A DNA stretch of 64,000 bases. Origin: Oculina patagonica (taxonomy: Eukaryota). Shown here piece after piece: positions 1-11,671 of this stretch. Position numbers and translations under genes: made by a program. Under the pieces are notes generated by a model. That model ran no database searches, was not told the origin of the DNA, and was given only the letters and a program-made list of their open reading frames with translations. The stretch lies in assembly GCF_052425735.1 (NCBI RefSeq), contig NC_135770.1, forward strand, positions 6,262,001 through 6,326,000, read 5' to 3'. Numbering within the stretch: position 1 is the first letter of the stretch; each line of letters starts with the position of its first letter.

Positions 1-212
1 ATGACTGCTTCACAGCATTGGGATGGATACCAGAAGGTTGAAGAGCGAGAGGTAGGCCAAGAACAACTTGGAGAAGGACAGTGGAGAAGGAAAGAAACAA
101 GGCGGGGTGGGCAAGCTCGGAGGTAGCCAAAGCGGTGGCGCGGAACAGGGAGTGTTGGACAGAAAACGTGACGGCCTTATGCGCCTACTGGCGCGACGAG
201 AATTGATGATGA
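1..212 (+). mobile_element. 3' end of RTE-type non-LTR retrotransposon (degenerate)
   Basis: Frame 3 reads ALGWIPEG*RARGRPRTTWRRTVEKERNKAGW..AKAVARNRECW..VTALCAYW, a typical RTE ORF C-terminus with one internal stop, followed by a (TGA)n tail. Confidence 0.75.
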
Positions 213-469
213 CCACTATAAAAAGAATTGAATCTACCACATTCCCCGCCTTTTTTGCGCAAAATGCAAGTTTGTACTCTTGTATTCATAGAATGTTTGG
301 CAACGGTATATTTTGGTTTCATGAAAATTTTATAGCGCGTTTCAGTTTGACTCTGCAACATTCTATGAATACAAGAGTACAAACTTGCATTTTGCGCAAA
401 AAAGGCGGGGAATGTGGTAGATTCAATTCTTTTTATAGTGGTCATCATCAATTCTCGTCGCGCCAGTAG
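185..469. repeat. Perfect inverted repeat, ~113-bp arms with ~59-bp spacer
   Basis: 185-297 is the reverse complement of 357-469. Confidence 0.9.
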
Positions 470-709
470 CCAAAAGTAAGTTTCAAATTGTTAACTAAAG
501 GTTTTAGCATGAAATTCTCCCAGAAAAACTGAAACACATAGAAAAAGCGCAGGTTGCTTTACGCTTGGAAAGCTAGGCGTAAGAATAACTAGACTAGGCC
601 CCTTTTATACCGGAACTTCTTGTTTAATCCCTTAATGCCTTAGCATAAAGAGCTGAATTTATGCGATTCTACAAGTCTTACAATGAATGTGAAGATGATG
701 AGTTAATAC

Positions 710-1171
710 CTGGTGTGCCATAGACCTCCACTCTTAAACATATTGACGTGGAAGTTGGTTTAAACCGGATACGTTGTGCCGTTATGGTAGGTGTCAGTTC
801 ATGGAAGTCAGCAGCATTACCATCATTGGCAGTTGCTGAAGTAAATGTCTGAGAACATGTAAACACAAATTACAGAAATTCAGTTAAAAATAGAGCATGG
901 GTTTTCTGTCGATGAGGAATCCAGCGCGTTGGGTGAGGGAACTACCATGTTAAAGGGGTTGGGGTTAAAGGGGTTGGGGTTACTGCATCCGATAAAAGGT
1001 CTTTACGATATTTAAGTCACTTCATGTGTTCTGTGTTACAATGGTGTATTACTTATACTAGTTCCCATTGTTTTTATAATACATTTTAATTATTGTCATG
1101 CGCTTTTTACATGAGCCTTTGGCTCGGATAGAAAAGGCAACCTCATCCCGCGTCACGAGATTAATAAATTA

Positions 1172-1225
<54 letters not shown>

Positions 1226-4200
1226 TCTGGCTGGTCATCAACAAGCTTTAACCAGGCCCACGTTAGCTTCCTCTAGGGGTTAATTCAAATCATTCTTCCG
1301 ACGAGTAACCTCGCCTCTTTTTAATGAAGTTTTCCCCGTGAGGTGGGGATGTTCCATTAGGTATTTGCTCGGCTAATCTGTAGCAGTTTTCTGAAGCAGG
1401 TGATGAAGTAGTGCACGAACATTTTCATGTACCTCCCTTATTGTGTGCGGGAAAAATTCCAGGGTGTGGCTTTTTAAATGAAAACTATTGTAATCTATTG
1501 ATGATACCCTTAGCAGTGAAGGAAATGGGAAAAACATTTTGAGGAATATTTTTTACGTGATGTCCAATTGTCCGCAAGTGGAATGAAAAACAAATAAGGG
1601 GGCGTTTTAAACTTAGGGTTTCAAGCTGAGCAGTTGTTTTCCAAAACATTCATATCTGGATAAAGTTGATTGAGTGTAAGTTTAGACTAAAGAGACGGGG
1701 TGATGGCAGCTGAAAGGCAATAACGATGATTCGGCTGTACGACATTACCTGAATGTCAGTGAATGCCGCTGAGCCATCAGGGGAATAGCTCAGTATAAAA
1801 CTTGTCGTCACCGTGGTATCATCAGGTTTCCCTTGCGCTTCAACGGCGCAAACATCGTATGGTTGTCCCAGGTCAATTTGAAGGTATGCCGGGGTCATGT
1901 CACCGGAATCTGGACACCACGCACTTGTTCCACGCAGACGACCAAGCTCAGGAGTAAAACTGGCAAGGCTAGTACTAGCGGTCATGTCGCCGTCAGGAAT
2001 GATCTTTAGTTCATCACGGACTCCAACGTTGTTCTCTCTGCATGCACCTGTAAACAAGTTGAAATGCTCTAAAATTGATACAAACAAGGGGAGGTGTTAG
2101 GTAAAGCCTGTATTCGAACCTCTAAGTCCACGGGCGCTTGTCTGAAGTTCCCCTAGCATGAAGTGACTAGGATTTTTTCTACTCCCATATCTGAATGGGA
2201 TGCTCGTTCATCCCTTGGTAATTTAAATCATTTAATTTGCTGGTACCCATTTAAACACCTAGCTGGTGAGAGGGACTGTAAGAGTACAGTGTCTTGCATA
2301 CACACGGTTTACAGGATTGGCCAACGATCGAACCCGAATTGCTTGATCCGACGTGCAACGCACTAACCATTAGGCCACCGCATCGATTATAAAATAAAAT
2401 AAATTTAAAAAAATAAAATATAATATAATGAAACCAAAAATGGAAAATAAAGTAAAGTAAAGTGAAGTGAAGTGAAGTAAAGTAAAGAAAAGTAATAAAG
2501 CAAAGTAAAGTAAAGTAAAGTAAAGTAAAAATAAAACTTAAGGTAAAAGCTGTTAAAATGCTAAACGTTTTCGATCTGGTCGATCATCATCAGAGCGATG
2601 ATCGAAGATGATCGACCAGATCGAAAACGTTTAGTATCCATTTTAACAGCTTTTACCTTAAGTATTTATTTTTNNNNNNNNNNNNNNNNNNNNNNNNNNN
2701 NNNNNNNNNNNNNNNNNNNNNNNNNNNNNNNNNNNNNNNNNNNNNNNNNNNNNNNNNNNNNNNNNNNNNNNNNNNNNNNNNNNNNNNNNNNNNNNNNNNN
2801 NNNNNNNNNNNNNNNNNNNNNNNNNNNNNNNNNNNNNNNNNNNNNNNNNNNNNNNNNNNNNNNNGTAAAGTAACGTAACGTAAAGTAGTAAAGTAAATTA
2901 AAGTAAAGGAAAGGAAAGGAAAGGAAAGCAAAGTAAAGGAAAGTAAAGTAAAATAAAGTAAAGTAAAGTAAAGTAAAGTAAAGTGAAGTGAAGTGAAGTG
3001 AAGTGAAGTGAAGTGAAGTGAAGTGAAGTGAAGTGAAGTGAAGTGAAGTGACGTAAAGTAAAGTAAAGTAAAGTAAAGTTAACTCTGTTGGCTCACGTGT
3101 ATACGAGCAGATGATATCAAACTTCTTGGTGCTAGGGTTCTCGATGATTTCGTTGCGGTAAAAGTATTTCGATCTGTCTGTAGAAATAATGACTTCAGTG
3201 TCACATGTCCCCACGGTAATGATGAAGTTAATAAACGAGGCATCACTAGATGATGGAGCACAGCCACTGTCAATCAGGCGTAGAGTAGCTGGGTCCAGTC
3301 CGGTATGTTCTGTTCGATCGATTTGTACCCTCATATCATTCTCATTGCACGTGATATCCACGCCCACTGACAAAAGAAGAAACATACCATTTCAACACAT
3401 AAATTTTCGTCAAACCTTGAGTAAAAACAATTACCAATTTTATAAGTTATAGAAATTTATATGTCGTGTTTCTATAGCAACAGCTGTGAAAATCATCTAG
3501 CCCAGTACTTCTCTCCTGCCACGATAGATACCAAATTTTGTGTAGCGCATACACACAGACGTGCAATATTGTTCAAATATCTGTTCACTGTTTAGGAATC
3601 TCCATTAGTAACTCTCTCTGATCATAAATTCTAGTTTCGCAGCCGACTAGTAAATGAATGAGTTTACATAACTGGCATGGCGGCAATACAACCAACTCAT
3701 CAACCATTTGCAAAAAGGGTTGAGACACTCTGTCCTCATAGCATCCTTTCGCGCTATCTCCCGTGCACCTATCAATGTTGTCTGAATTTCGGTATTACCT
3801 TCAATCAGTTGAGCAATAACTTAAATAGAGAAAAGTTTTGTCAGGATTAAAGTTAAATGTTTCGCTTTTCATTCAGAAAATGTCTTTTTAGGAGACCCAG
3901 AGTGTCCCAACAATTTTGCAACTGGCTGTCGCCAAGTGATATACACTTCCGGAAAGAAAAATAGTTGAGATCTGTTTTATTTCTGGAAACTGAATTCTTT
4001 CTATCGCGCTTAACTTTTCTTAAAAAAAAAAAAAACAGAAAATAAATTGCACCTGCATGGGTTCAGCAAAGTTCTCGAACTTCGTCAAAATACTCCGCTG
4101 CGCGTCGTATTTTAATTTTCTTCTCGGTGTTTGGAAATCCGATAAAACACTCTCTTTCGTGTTTGATATTTTACTTCTTGTTTAATGCCTAAAGTGTTAA

Positions 4201-7200
4201 GTATAAAGAGCTGATTTTAGACGGTTCTTCTAGTCTCACAAATGAATGTGAGGATAATGAATTAATACCTGGTGTGCCATAGACCTCCACTCTTAAACAT
4301 ATTGTTGTGTTAGTTGGTTTAAACCGGATACGTTGTGCCGTTATGATAGGAGTGGTAGGTGTCAGTTCATGGAAGTCAACCGCATTACCGTCATTGGAAG
4401 TTGCTGAAGTAAATGTCTGAGAACATGTAAACACAAATTACAGAAGATGCAGTTAATTAATGAAGCAGTTTTTTGGAAGTTATTCAGCAAGTTGGGTGGA
4501 CGACCATGTAAAAGGGTTGGGATAAGTGCTGTCTCTCTTAAGGGGGGAGGGGGGGGGGGGGTAAGAGCGGAACACCAAGTGTTCTTAACCTGTCAAGGTA
4601 TCTTTAATTTTAATGGTCCCACACGAAAAGATAAAACGATACCGTCATGCTGTGTCGGTGCCGAGCTTCGATTGATCTGAAATGAAATCTCTAGGAAGAT
4701 TTTCGTAAAAATGACCGCATCCGATTAAAGGCTTTCACCATATTTAAGTCACTTTATATGTCCTGTTCTGTTCTGGTGTTTCTGGCTGGTCAAGAAGAAG
4801 CTAGAGCCACGCCCAAACGTATGGGGCGCCAAGTGTAAAATAATTATTTCGCATAATTATATCGAAATTGTGTCAAAATTATATTAAAAATGTACATTAT
4901 TTCATATAAATCGTAAGGTTTTCCTATTAATTTTTTGAAATAATATTTGCATCCTTAATTAATGTTTTCATAAAATGACAAAACTTATGTTACATTATTT
5001 CAAACAATAAAAAAGGCCTTACAAAATTATATCAAACCATGCTCGTCCAAAGATATCTTTTATTTGAAATAATTTATCTTCATTTGCAACATTATTTCAA
5101 ATCACGATTTTTTACTTCATTCATGATTTCAAATAATGTTTCTTTGTTTCTTCAATTCATGGTTTCATGTAACGCATTATATCATATAGTTCATGGTTTC
5201 ATATGATGTATTATATTAAACAATCCATTGTTTCATATAATGCAATACCATATAATTCATGGTTTCGTATAATGCATTATATGATTTAATCCAAGGTTTC
5301 ATATAATTCAGGGTTTCAAATAATGCATTATATCATATAATCCATGGTTTCATATAATTCATGGTTTCATACAATGCATGGTTTCATATAACGCATGATA
5401 TCATATAATCCATGGTTTCATATAATGCATGGTTTCATATAATGTGTTATATCATATAACCCATGGTTTCATATAATTCATGGTGTCATATAACGCATGA
5501 TATCATATAATCCATGGTTTCATATAATGCATGGTTTCATATAATGTGTTATATCATATAACCCATGGTTTCATATAATTCATGGTGTCATATAACGCAT
5601 GATATCATATAATCCATGGTTTCATATAATGCATGGTTTCATATAATGTGTTATATCATATAATCCCTGGTTTCATATAATGAATATAGTCCATGGTTTC
5701 ATATAATGAATATAGTCCATGGTTTCATATAAGTCATGGATTCATGGGCCGGTTGGAAAACATGGACTGGACTCTGGACTGGACTGAACTTTATTGTTTT
5801 TGTTTCATGTTTTTCACCTCCCCGCGCCGGGGAGGTGGGTCCATTTTTAGTGGGGGTGAAGGGGATAGTGTTTTCTTGTTTTATGTTTTTTTTCTTATAA
5901 TTTTCAGGGTCAAGAAATTTGCGTGTCATCGGCAACGTCTATTTTGTCTACTAGTCAAAGTATAGTCACACGACGTTTTGATCTCAGCTTGAACTTTGTT
6001 TTCCCGCGAACGGTGAAAATTCTACTTCTGTTTGTCGTGAATGTGTGATTTGTCCCTATCTTGCTGGGGGATTTATTTATTGAAGGTTTGCTGCATTACA
6101 ATACCCTTACGCTGCAATGATTGTGGTTGCATCCCAAGCTGAAGATCCTGTATTGCTCTGCTTCTAATAAATAGTTCAATACCGTTCTAATAAGCAGTGC
6201 AATACAGGACCCTCAGGTTTGGATGCAACCACAGTCATTGCAGCGTAAGGGTATCAGTGTATTATAATGCAGCAAACCTCCAATAAATAAATCCCCAAGC
6301 AAGATAGGGACAAATCACACATTCACGACAAACAGAAGTAGAGTTTTCACCGTTCGCAGGAAAACAAAGTTCATGCTGAGATCAAAACGTAGTGTGACTA
6401 TACTTTGACTAGTAGATAAAACAGACATTGTTGCCAATGACACGCAAATTACTGACCCCGCTCCCCTCCGGGATGACAACACTAGACGCTCCCCCCACTA
6501 AAAGAAAAAAAGACAGAATAACTCCCCTCCCACCCCCACTGAAAATAATAAACATAAAACAAGAAAACACTAGCCCCTTCACCCCCACAAAAAATAGACC
6601 CACCTCCCCCTGGCACTAAAAATGAAAAACATGAAACAAAAACAAAAACAAAAACAAAAACAAAAAAGTTCAGTCCAGTTCAGTCCAGTCCTTGTTTTTC
6701 AACTGGCCTATGAAACCATGGATTATATGATGTAGTGCGTTATATGAAACCATGAATTATATGAAACCATGGATTCTAAGATATAATGCGTTATATGAAA
6801 CCACGATTTATATAAAACCATGGATTATACAAAACCACGGATTATATGATATAATGCATTATTTGAAACCATGAATTATATGAAACCTTGGATTAAATCA
6901 TATAACGCATTGTATGAAACCATGGATTGTATGATAAAATGCATTATATGAAACCATGAATTATATGGTATTGCATTATATTGAAACAATGGATTGTTTA
7001 ATATAATACATCATATGAAACCATGAACTATATGATATAATACATTACATGAAACCATGAATTGAAGAAACAAAGAAACATTATTTGAAATCATGAATGT
7101 AGTAACAAATCGTGGTTTGAAATAATGTTGATAATGAAGATAAATTATTTCAAATAAAAGATATCTTTGGACGAGCATGGTTTGATATAATTTTGTAAGG

Positions 7201-9528
7201 CCTTACTGAATTTACTGAATTATATGAAACCTTGGATTAAATCATATAATGCATTATATGAAACCATGAATTATATGGTATTGCATTATATGAAACAATG
7301 GATTGTTTAATATAATACATCATATGAAACCATGAACTATATGATATAATGCATTACATGAAACCATGAATTGAAGAAACAAAGAAACATTATTTGAAAT
7401 CATGAATGTAGTAAAAAATCGTGGTTTGAAATAATGTTGCAAATGAAGATAAATTATTTCAAATAAAAGATATCTTTGGACGAGCATGGTTTGATAAAAT
7501 TTTGTAAGGCCTTTTTTATTGTTTGAAATAATGTAACATAAGTTTTGTATTTTATGAAAACATTAATTAAGGATGCAAATATTATTTCAAAAAATTAATA
7601 GGAAAACCTTATGATTTATATGAAATAATATACATTTTTAATATGATTTTGACACAATTTCGATATAATTATGCGAAATAATTATTTTACACTGGGCGCC
7701 CCAAAAACTAGCATCCTTTAGGGTTTAATTCAAATCATTCTTCCGATTAGCATCCTCGCCCCTTCCCGGGAGAAATCTAAACAGTTATGTGCTCGGCAAC
7801 TGTTCTGGAGCAATTCGAGGGAGATTAAAAAGCAACGAAATATTAGAGAACAGTTGTCAAAGCTAACTGAGCGTATGACTGTATGGTAAAGATTTAACTT
7901 TAAAGTTTGTCGGGATGAATTTTTAGTATGCTATCATTTTTATTATGTACTTCCCGATTGCGCTAGATGAAATTCCAAGGTGTGGTTATTTACATAAAAT
8001 CTATCGGAAACTACTTTACATACATACATATACATAACATTTTATTTCATGTACCCAGGGGGCTTTTCAGTGAAGTATTTAAATAAAAAATAAACAAATC
8101 TCTCTATATATGAAAGCCTCAGCAGTAGTGTTTGGCAATGGGAAAGAGATTTGGGGGAATTTTTTACGTGATGTCAACCCGTGGGAGAAAAAAAGAGTAA
8201 AGGAGAGCGTCCTAAACTTAGGTTTTCTGGCTAAGCAGTTGTTTTCCCACACATTCATCTCTGGATAAAGTTGATTGAGTGTAAGCTCCCATTGAAGAGA
8301 CGGGGTGAGGGCAGCTGAAAGGCAATAACGATGATTCGGCTGTACGACATTACCTCAATGGCATTTGGTGAATCGTAGTCAGTGAATGCCGCTGAGCCAT
8401 CAGGGGAATAGCTGAGTGTAAAACTTGTCGTCACTGCGTTCTCATTTGGTTTCCCTTGCGCTTCAACGGCACAAATAACGTATGGTTGTCCCAGGTCTAT
8501 CTGAAGGTATGGATCTCCGTCAGCGAGAGTTGGACACCACGCATCTGCTCCATGCAGACGACCAAGTTCAGGAGTAAAACCGGCTCCATTGTTAGTACTA
8601 GCGGTCATTTGACCGTCAGGAATTACCTTTAATTCATCACGGACTCCAACGTTGGTGTCGCTGCATGCACCTGTAAACAAGTCGGAATGCTTTTAATTTA
8701 TACAAACAAGGGAAGTAGTTAGGTAAAGTCTGTATTCGAGCTTATATGTCCACAGGCGCTTATATCCAGTTTTTGTACCATGATGTGACTAGGGGTATTT
8801 CTTCTCCCCCTCAGAGCAGAGTTTATATTTAAAGCATTTAAAAGAGCTACGTCACGGGAATTTGAGGGATGTTTGGTCTTAATTGTTCTGAAATTATTGG
8901 TAGGCCACTAAATCTGTGAAAAACATCATCTTTGAACATCTGAAGGAAGATGTAGCCTATGTGCGGAGAGAAATCAAACTCGGCTATAAATATTGCTTTT
9001 TTGAAGACGGGCGGAAACAAATTGAAAAATTTATCTTTACTTTTTCAAGTTGTAATCCATTTCCATCCTAGCCATCCGCAGCCAAAGATGCTTGATAACT
9101 TTTTCAGTGAGTAATATGGCAGTTGTTAATAAAAATGGACCGTTATTGTTAGGTTTCCTACGACACAAATATACATTTTGGCTAGCGCTGTTCAAAAATC
9201 TATTCAAGTCCGTGGCAAAGCCCCTTAAATTCGCCAGTACCGATCTAAACACCTGACTGGAGAAAGGGACTTAAGAGTGTCTTGCCCACACAAAGTTTCC
9301 AGGCTTGGCCAACGTACGATTGAACCCGAATTGCTCGATCCGACGTCCAGCTAACTAACCATTATTTGGTCACCGCATTGAATATAAAATAAAATAAATA
9401 AAACAAAACAAAATAAAACGTAAGTACATTGGTAGCTTTAGTTTTTTCATGTAATATCTCTTACCTGCGGTTGATGTTATAAGCTGAAAAAACGTTGCAA
9501 ATATTTGTATCCAAACAGTCTTTATCAT
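710..9528 (-). CDS. Secreted/cell-surface protein with F5/8 type C (discoidin) - ZP-N - F5/8 type C modules; 5' part only, continues beyond the left edge
   Basis: Exons (minus): 9528-9465 (MIKTVWIQIFATFFQLITSTA, signal-peptide-like), 8670-8354 and 4416-4269 (FA58C #1: AWCP..YLQIDLG..ICAVEAQG..AQRIRFKP..CLRVEVYG), 3366-3097 (ZP-N-like: ITCNENDMRVQI..L..SGC..GTCDT..YRNEI..IICSY), 2047-1749 and 848-710 (FA58C #2). All introns are GT-AG with compatible phases (1,0,1,1,0,1). Confidence 0.8.
1035..1223 (+). mobile_element. Retroposon 3' fragment ending in (ATTG)n microsatellite
   Basis: AATAAA followed by (ATTG)n at ~1172-1223. The segment is absent from the paralogous intron position near 4765-4780. 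Confidence 0.55.
2097..2381 (-). mobile_element. tRNA-derived SINE
   Basis: Minus strand begins gcggTGGCCTAATGGttag (A box) ... GGTTCGATC (B box). A paralogous copy lies at ~8720-8810 plus 9245-9375, with other fragments near 26715-26910 and 56900-57100. Confidence 0.65.
2447..3080. repeat. (AAAGT/AAGTG)n pentanucleotide microsatellite flanking an assembly gap (N 2674-2863), with a hairpin at 2527-2673
   Basis: Visible tandem pentamers, the N run, and an inverted repeat aaggtaaaagctgttaaaatg..cgatctggtcgatcatc with its reverse complement. Confidence 0.9.
4822..7703. mobile_element. Foldback-type element: ~2.9-kb near-complete palindrome with internal CATGGTTTCATATAAT minisatellite and a possible nested MITE (5748-6709)
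   Basis: Termini tggggcgccaagtgtaaaataattatttcg / cgaaataattattttacactgggcgcccca. Arms pair inward to a ~28-nt loop at ~6164-6191. The right arm has a ~300-bp tandem duplication. Confidence 0.85.
8838..9229. mobile_element. Non-autonomous DNA transposon with TTAA-flanked TIRs (Kolobok-like); related copy at 33287-33656
   Basis: ttaaaagagctacgtcacgg ... ccgtggcaaagccccttaa. It interrupts the SINE. Confidence 0.55.
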
Positions 9529-10907
9529 GGTTGTCCGCGTATCGTGGTAGTTTGCTTTAGTGCAATTTAACACGGCCTGCAAGTTCAAAGAGAAAAACAA
9601 GACACAAAGTCACAAATAGGGAGAACCCTCTTTCTTTTAAGTCAGTAACTGGCCCCGTTCTCCCTCCGCTTCCGGTCGGCTGACTCGCCTCCCCACCTGC
9701 CCCCTCCTCCCCCCTCCCCCTCTGTCCACTCCCACATACACACAACGCCAATTTAAGCCTCCACAGGAGTCTCGATAGAGGGGACTCAAATAAGGGCTTC
9801 AAACTTAGCATACTGGGAGTTGCTTATGAAGGCAATGTTCTGTGGCTTTGCGATCATATTACAGTTCCTCCAGTCTTGAATTGAAATAAAACTAATTATT
9901 CAGTAACTAGAAGTGAGAAATTGACTTTCAGCTAATAGTTCATTTTTCAGAAATTTCTTTCAGCAGTTAAATCATCACAAAAAGTTTCATTGAGCAGTTA
10001 TTTTTAGCTTTGTGTCAGTTTATAAGGAACCTCTGCTCTCTTTTTACGTTGCCATGGTAACGCATTTGACGTCACGAAGACCTCATTTGCTCTTTAGTAA
10101 AATCCGCACAAATTTGTATTAAACGTTAGTTCTAAACATTATAGCTGTAGTTATAAAACACTGCGAAAGATGTGAATTAAAGTCCACCATATTCAAAGTT
10201 GAATGGCAATGCAAAATTATTCGGTGAAAGGTCAGGTACATTAACGTGTTTTGTTTTAAAATGGTTCTTAAACATGCGTTAATTGTTAACCATTTTTTCT
10301 TACACATGGTTTGTGCTCAACAATGGTCAAATTCCATTTCAGAAAATTATGTTTATGCTGCAGCTAGTGAAAACATAGTTGTCGAGCTCAAAAACGAATG
10401 CGCAACAAGCGCTGCTTTTAAATGTTGCGAGCCTTTCATCTCTAAAAAGTGTACTGAAATGTTTCTTATAGTTGGTCTAGAGTGAATATATCCTTTTAAT
10501 CCCATATTTTGCGACACACGTTTATCATTAACAATAAATCAGAGAAAGCTCTAGAAGCATTTCCGCATTGATTTTGCATTGAACAACTTTACTCGCCTAA
10601 TGCGCTTTTCAATTATTTGAAAGCTAAGGAATGTAGTCTAATTGTTGTAACATAGCGTCATTGCTTTATTTTAGGTCTCGGCTGGACTATGAATACCGAC
10701 AGAACAGCCTCGATAAATTGAAAGGGCAAGAAACGTATCATTTCAGAGCAAACTGTTGACAGCATGCAGTAAACGCATAAATTTAAAACAAAGTCATTAT
10801 AAAAATGAATGAGAAGGGTTTAAAAAGCGATTTTGTACAACACTTTACAATAAAAATTTGCAATAAGATATTCGATAAAAACATCATAAACTCCGTTTAA
10901 AATATAA

Positions 10908-10956
10908 AAAATACGACGACGTTTCGACGTTGACATAACGTCATTATCAAGTCAAG
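10908..10956 (-). ncRNA. Minimal hammerhead-like motif (U3-A8 variant), Penelope-type terminal repeat remnant
   Basis: Minus strand reads gac TTGATAA t gacgtt-atgtc-aacgtc GAAAC GTC gtc. Confidence 0.4.
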
Positions 10957-11516
10957 AACATAAGTCAAGAAAATGTTTACGAATGAAAAAGGAAAATTAA
11001 AATTAGGACATTAACTGATTATTAAAAATAGTTGTGAATTATGGCGGATTTTAAGCTTGTTCCATAGCTTTGGCCCTAGAATCTCTAGCAGCTAAGTAAC
11101 AGCCGATTAAATCTAAAACATTGAATTCCATGTTGCGCTTTTTTAACACAAATATGTCCAGCAGGCAGATTATTTTCAGTTTGAATATAATAGCAATGTC
11201 TCGCATTGACTGTCCAACGCCGACATAAACTCCAATTATATACCTTTAGATTTTAGTACTAGAACGACTGACTTCGTTTGCGAGGTTTTCCAGTAGTAAA
11301 AGATTGCGCGCCTATGAGTTCAAAACTGAAAAACGCGGGTTCTGTCCTAATTTACCGAGACGCTCCGAGCAAAAACAGATTTTGTAATGATGTGGAAACT
11401 CTTACTTTTCCAACCACAAAATGACTTTTCTTTTCTCAGGGTATATATAAGCTTTTTGTAATATGTCCTTCTCAGTATTTCGCTATAAAAACGTACGGTG
11501 TAATGCAGCTAAAGTT

Positions 11517-11671
11517 CAGGGCACAGTTGTTCGAAGGTTGGATAACGCTATCCACCGGATAATTCATTTTCCAGTGGATAACATTATATATGTATTTTCT
11601 CAGGACCTTTCCACTGGATAGCGATTTATCCAGTACTTAGCATTATCCATCCTTTGAAAAACTGGGCCCTG
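11517..11671. mobile_element. MITE (CAGGGC..AGTTGTTC TIR; GGATAA/TTATCC internal repeats)
   Basis: cagggcacagttgttcgaaggttggataac ... ttatccatcctttgaaaaactgggccctg. A partial copy lies near 16934. Confidence 0.65.

Noticed and set aside
68-469. ORFs of 133 and 88 aa sharing identical peptides on opposite strands
   Set aside because: Artefact of the inverted repeat and LINE remnant.
2310-2381. tRNA-like A/B boxes
   Set aside because: No full cloverleaf, and the sequence continues into a SINE body, so it is a SINE head rather than a tRNA gene.
2527-2673. Hairpin as a functional RNA
   Set aside because: It abuts an assembly gap within a microsatellite and may be an assembly artefact.
2666-3096. 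LHFTS/LYFT repeat tail of the 239-aa ORF
   Set aside because: Read-through past the exon donor into a microsatellite and the N gap.
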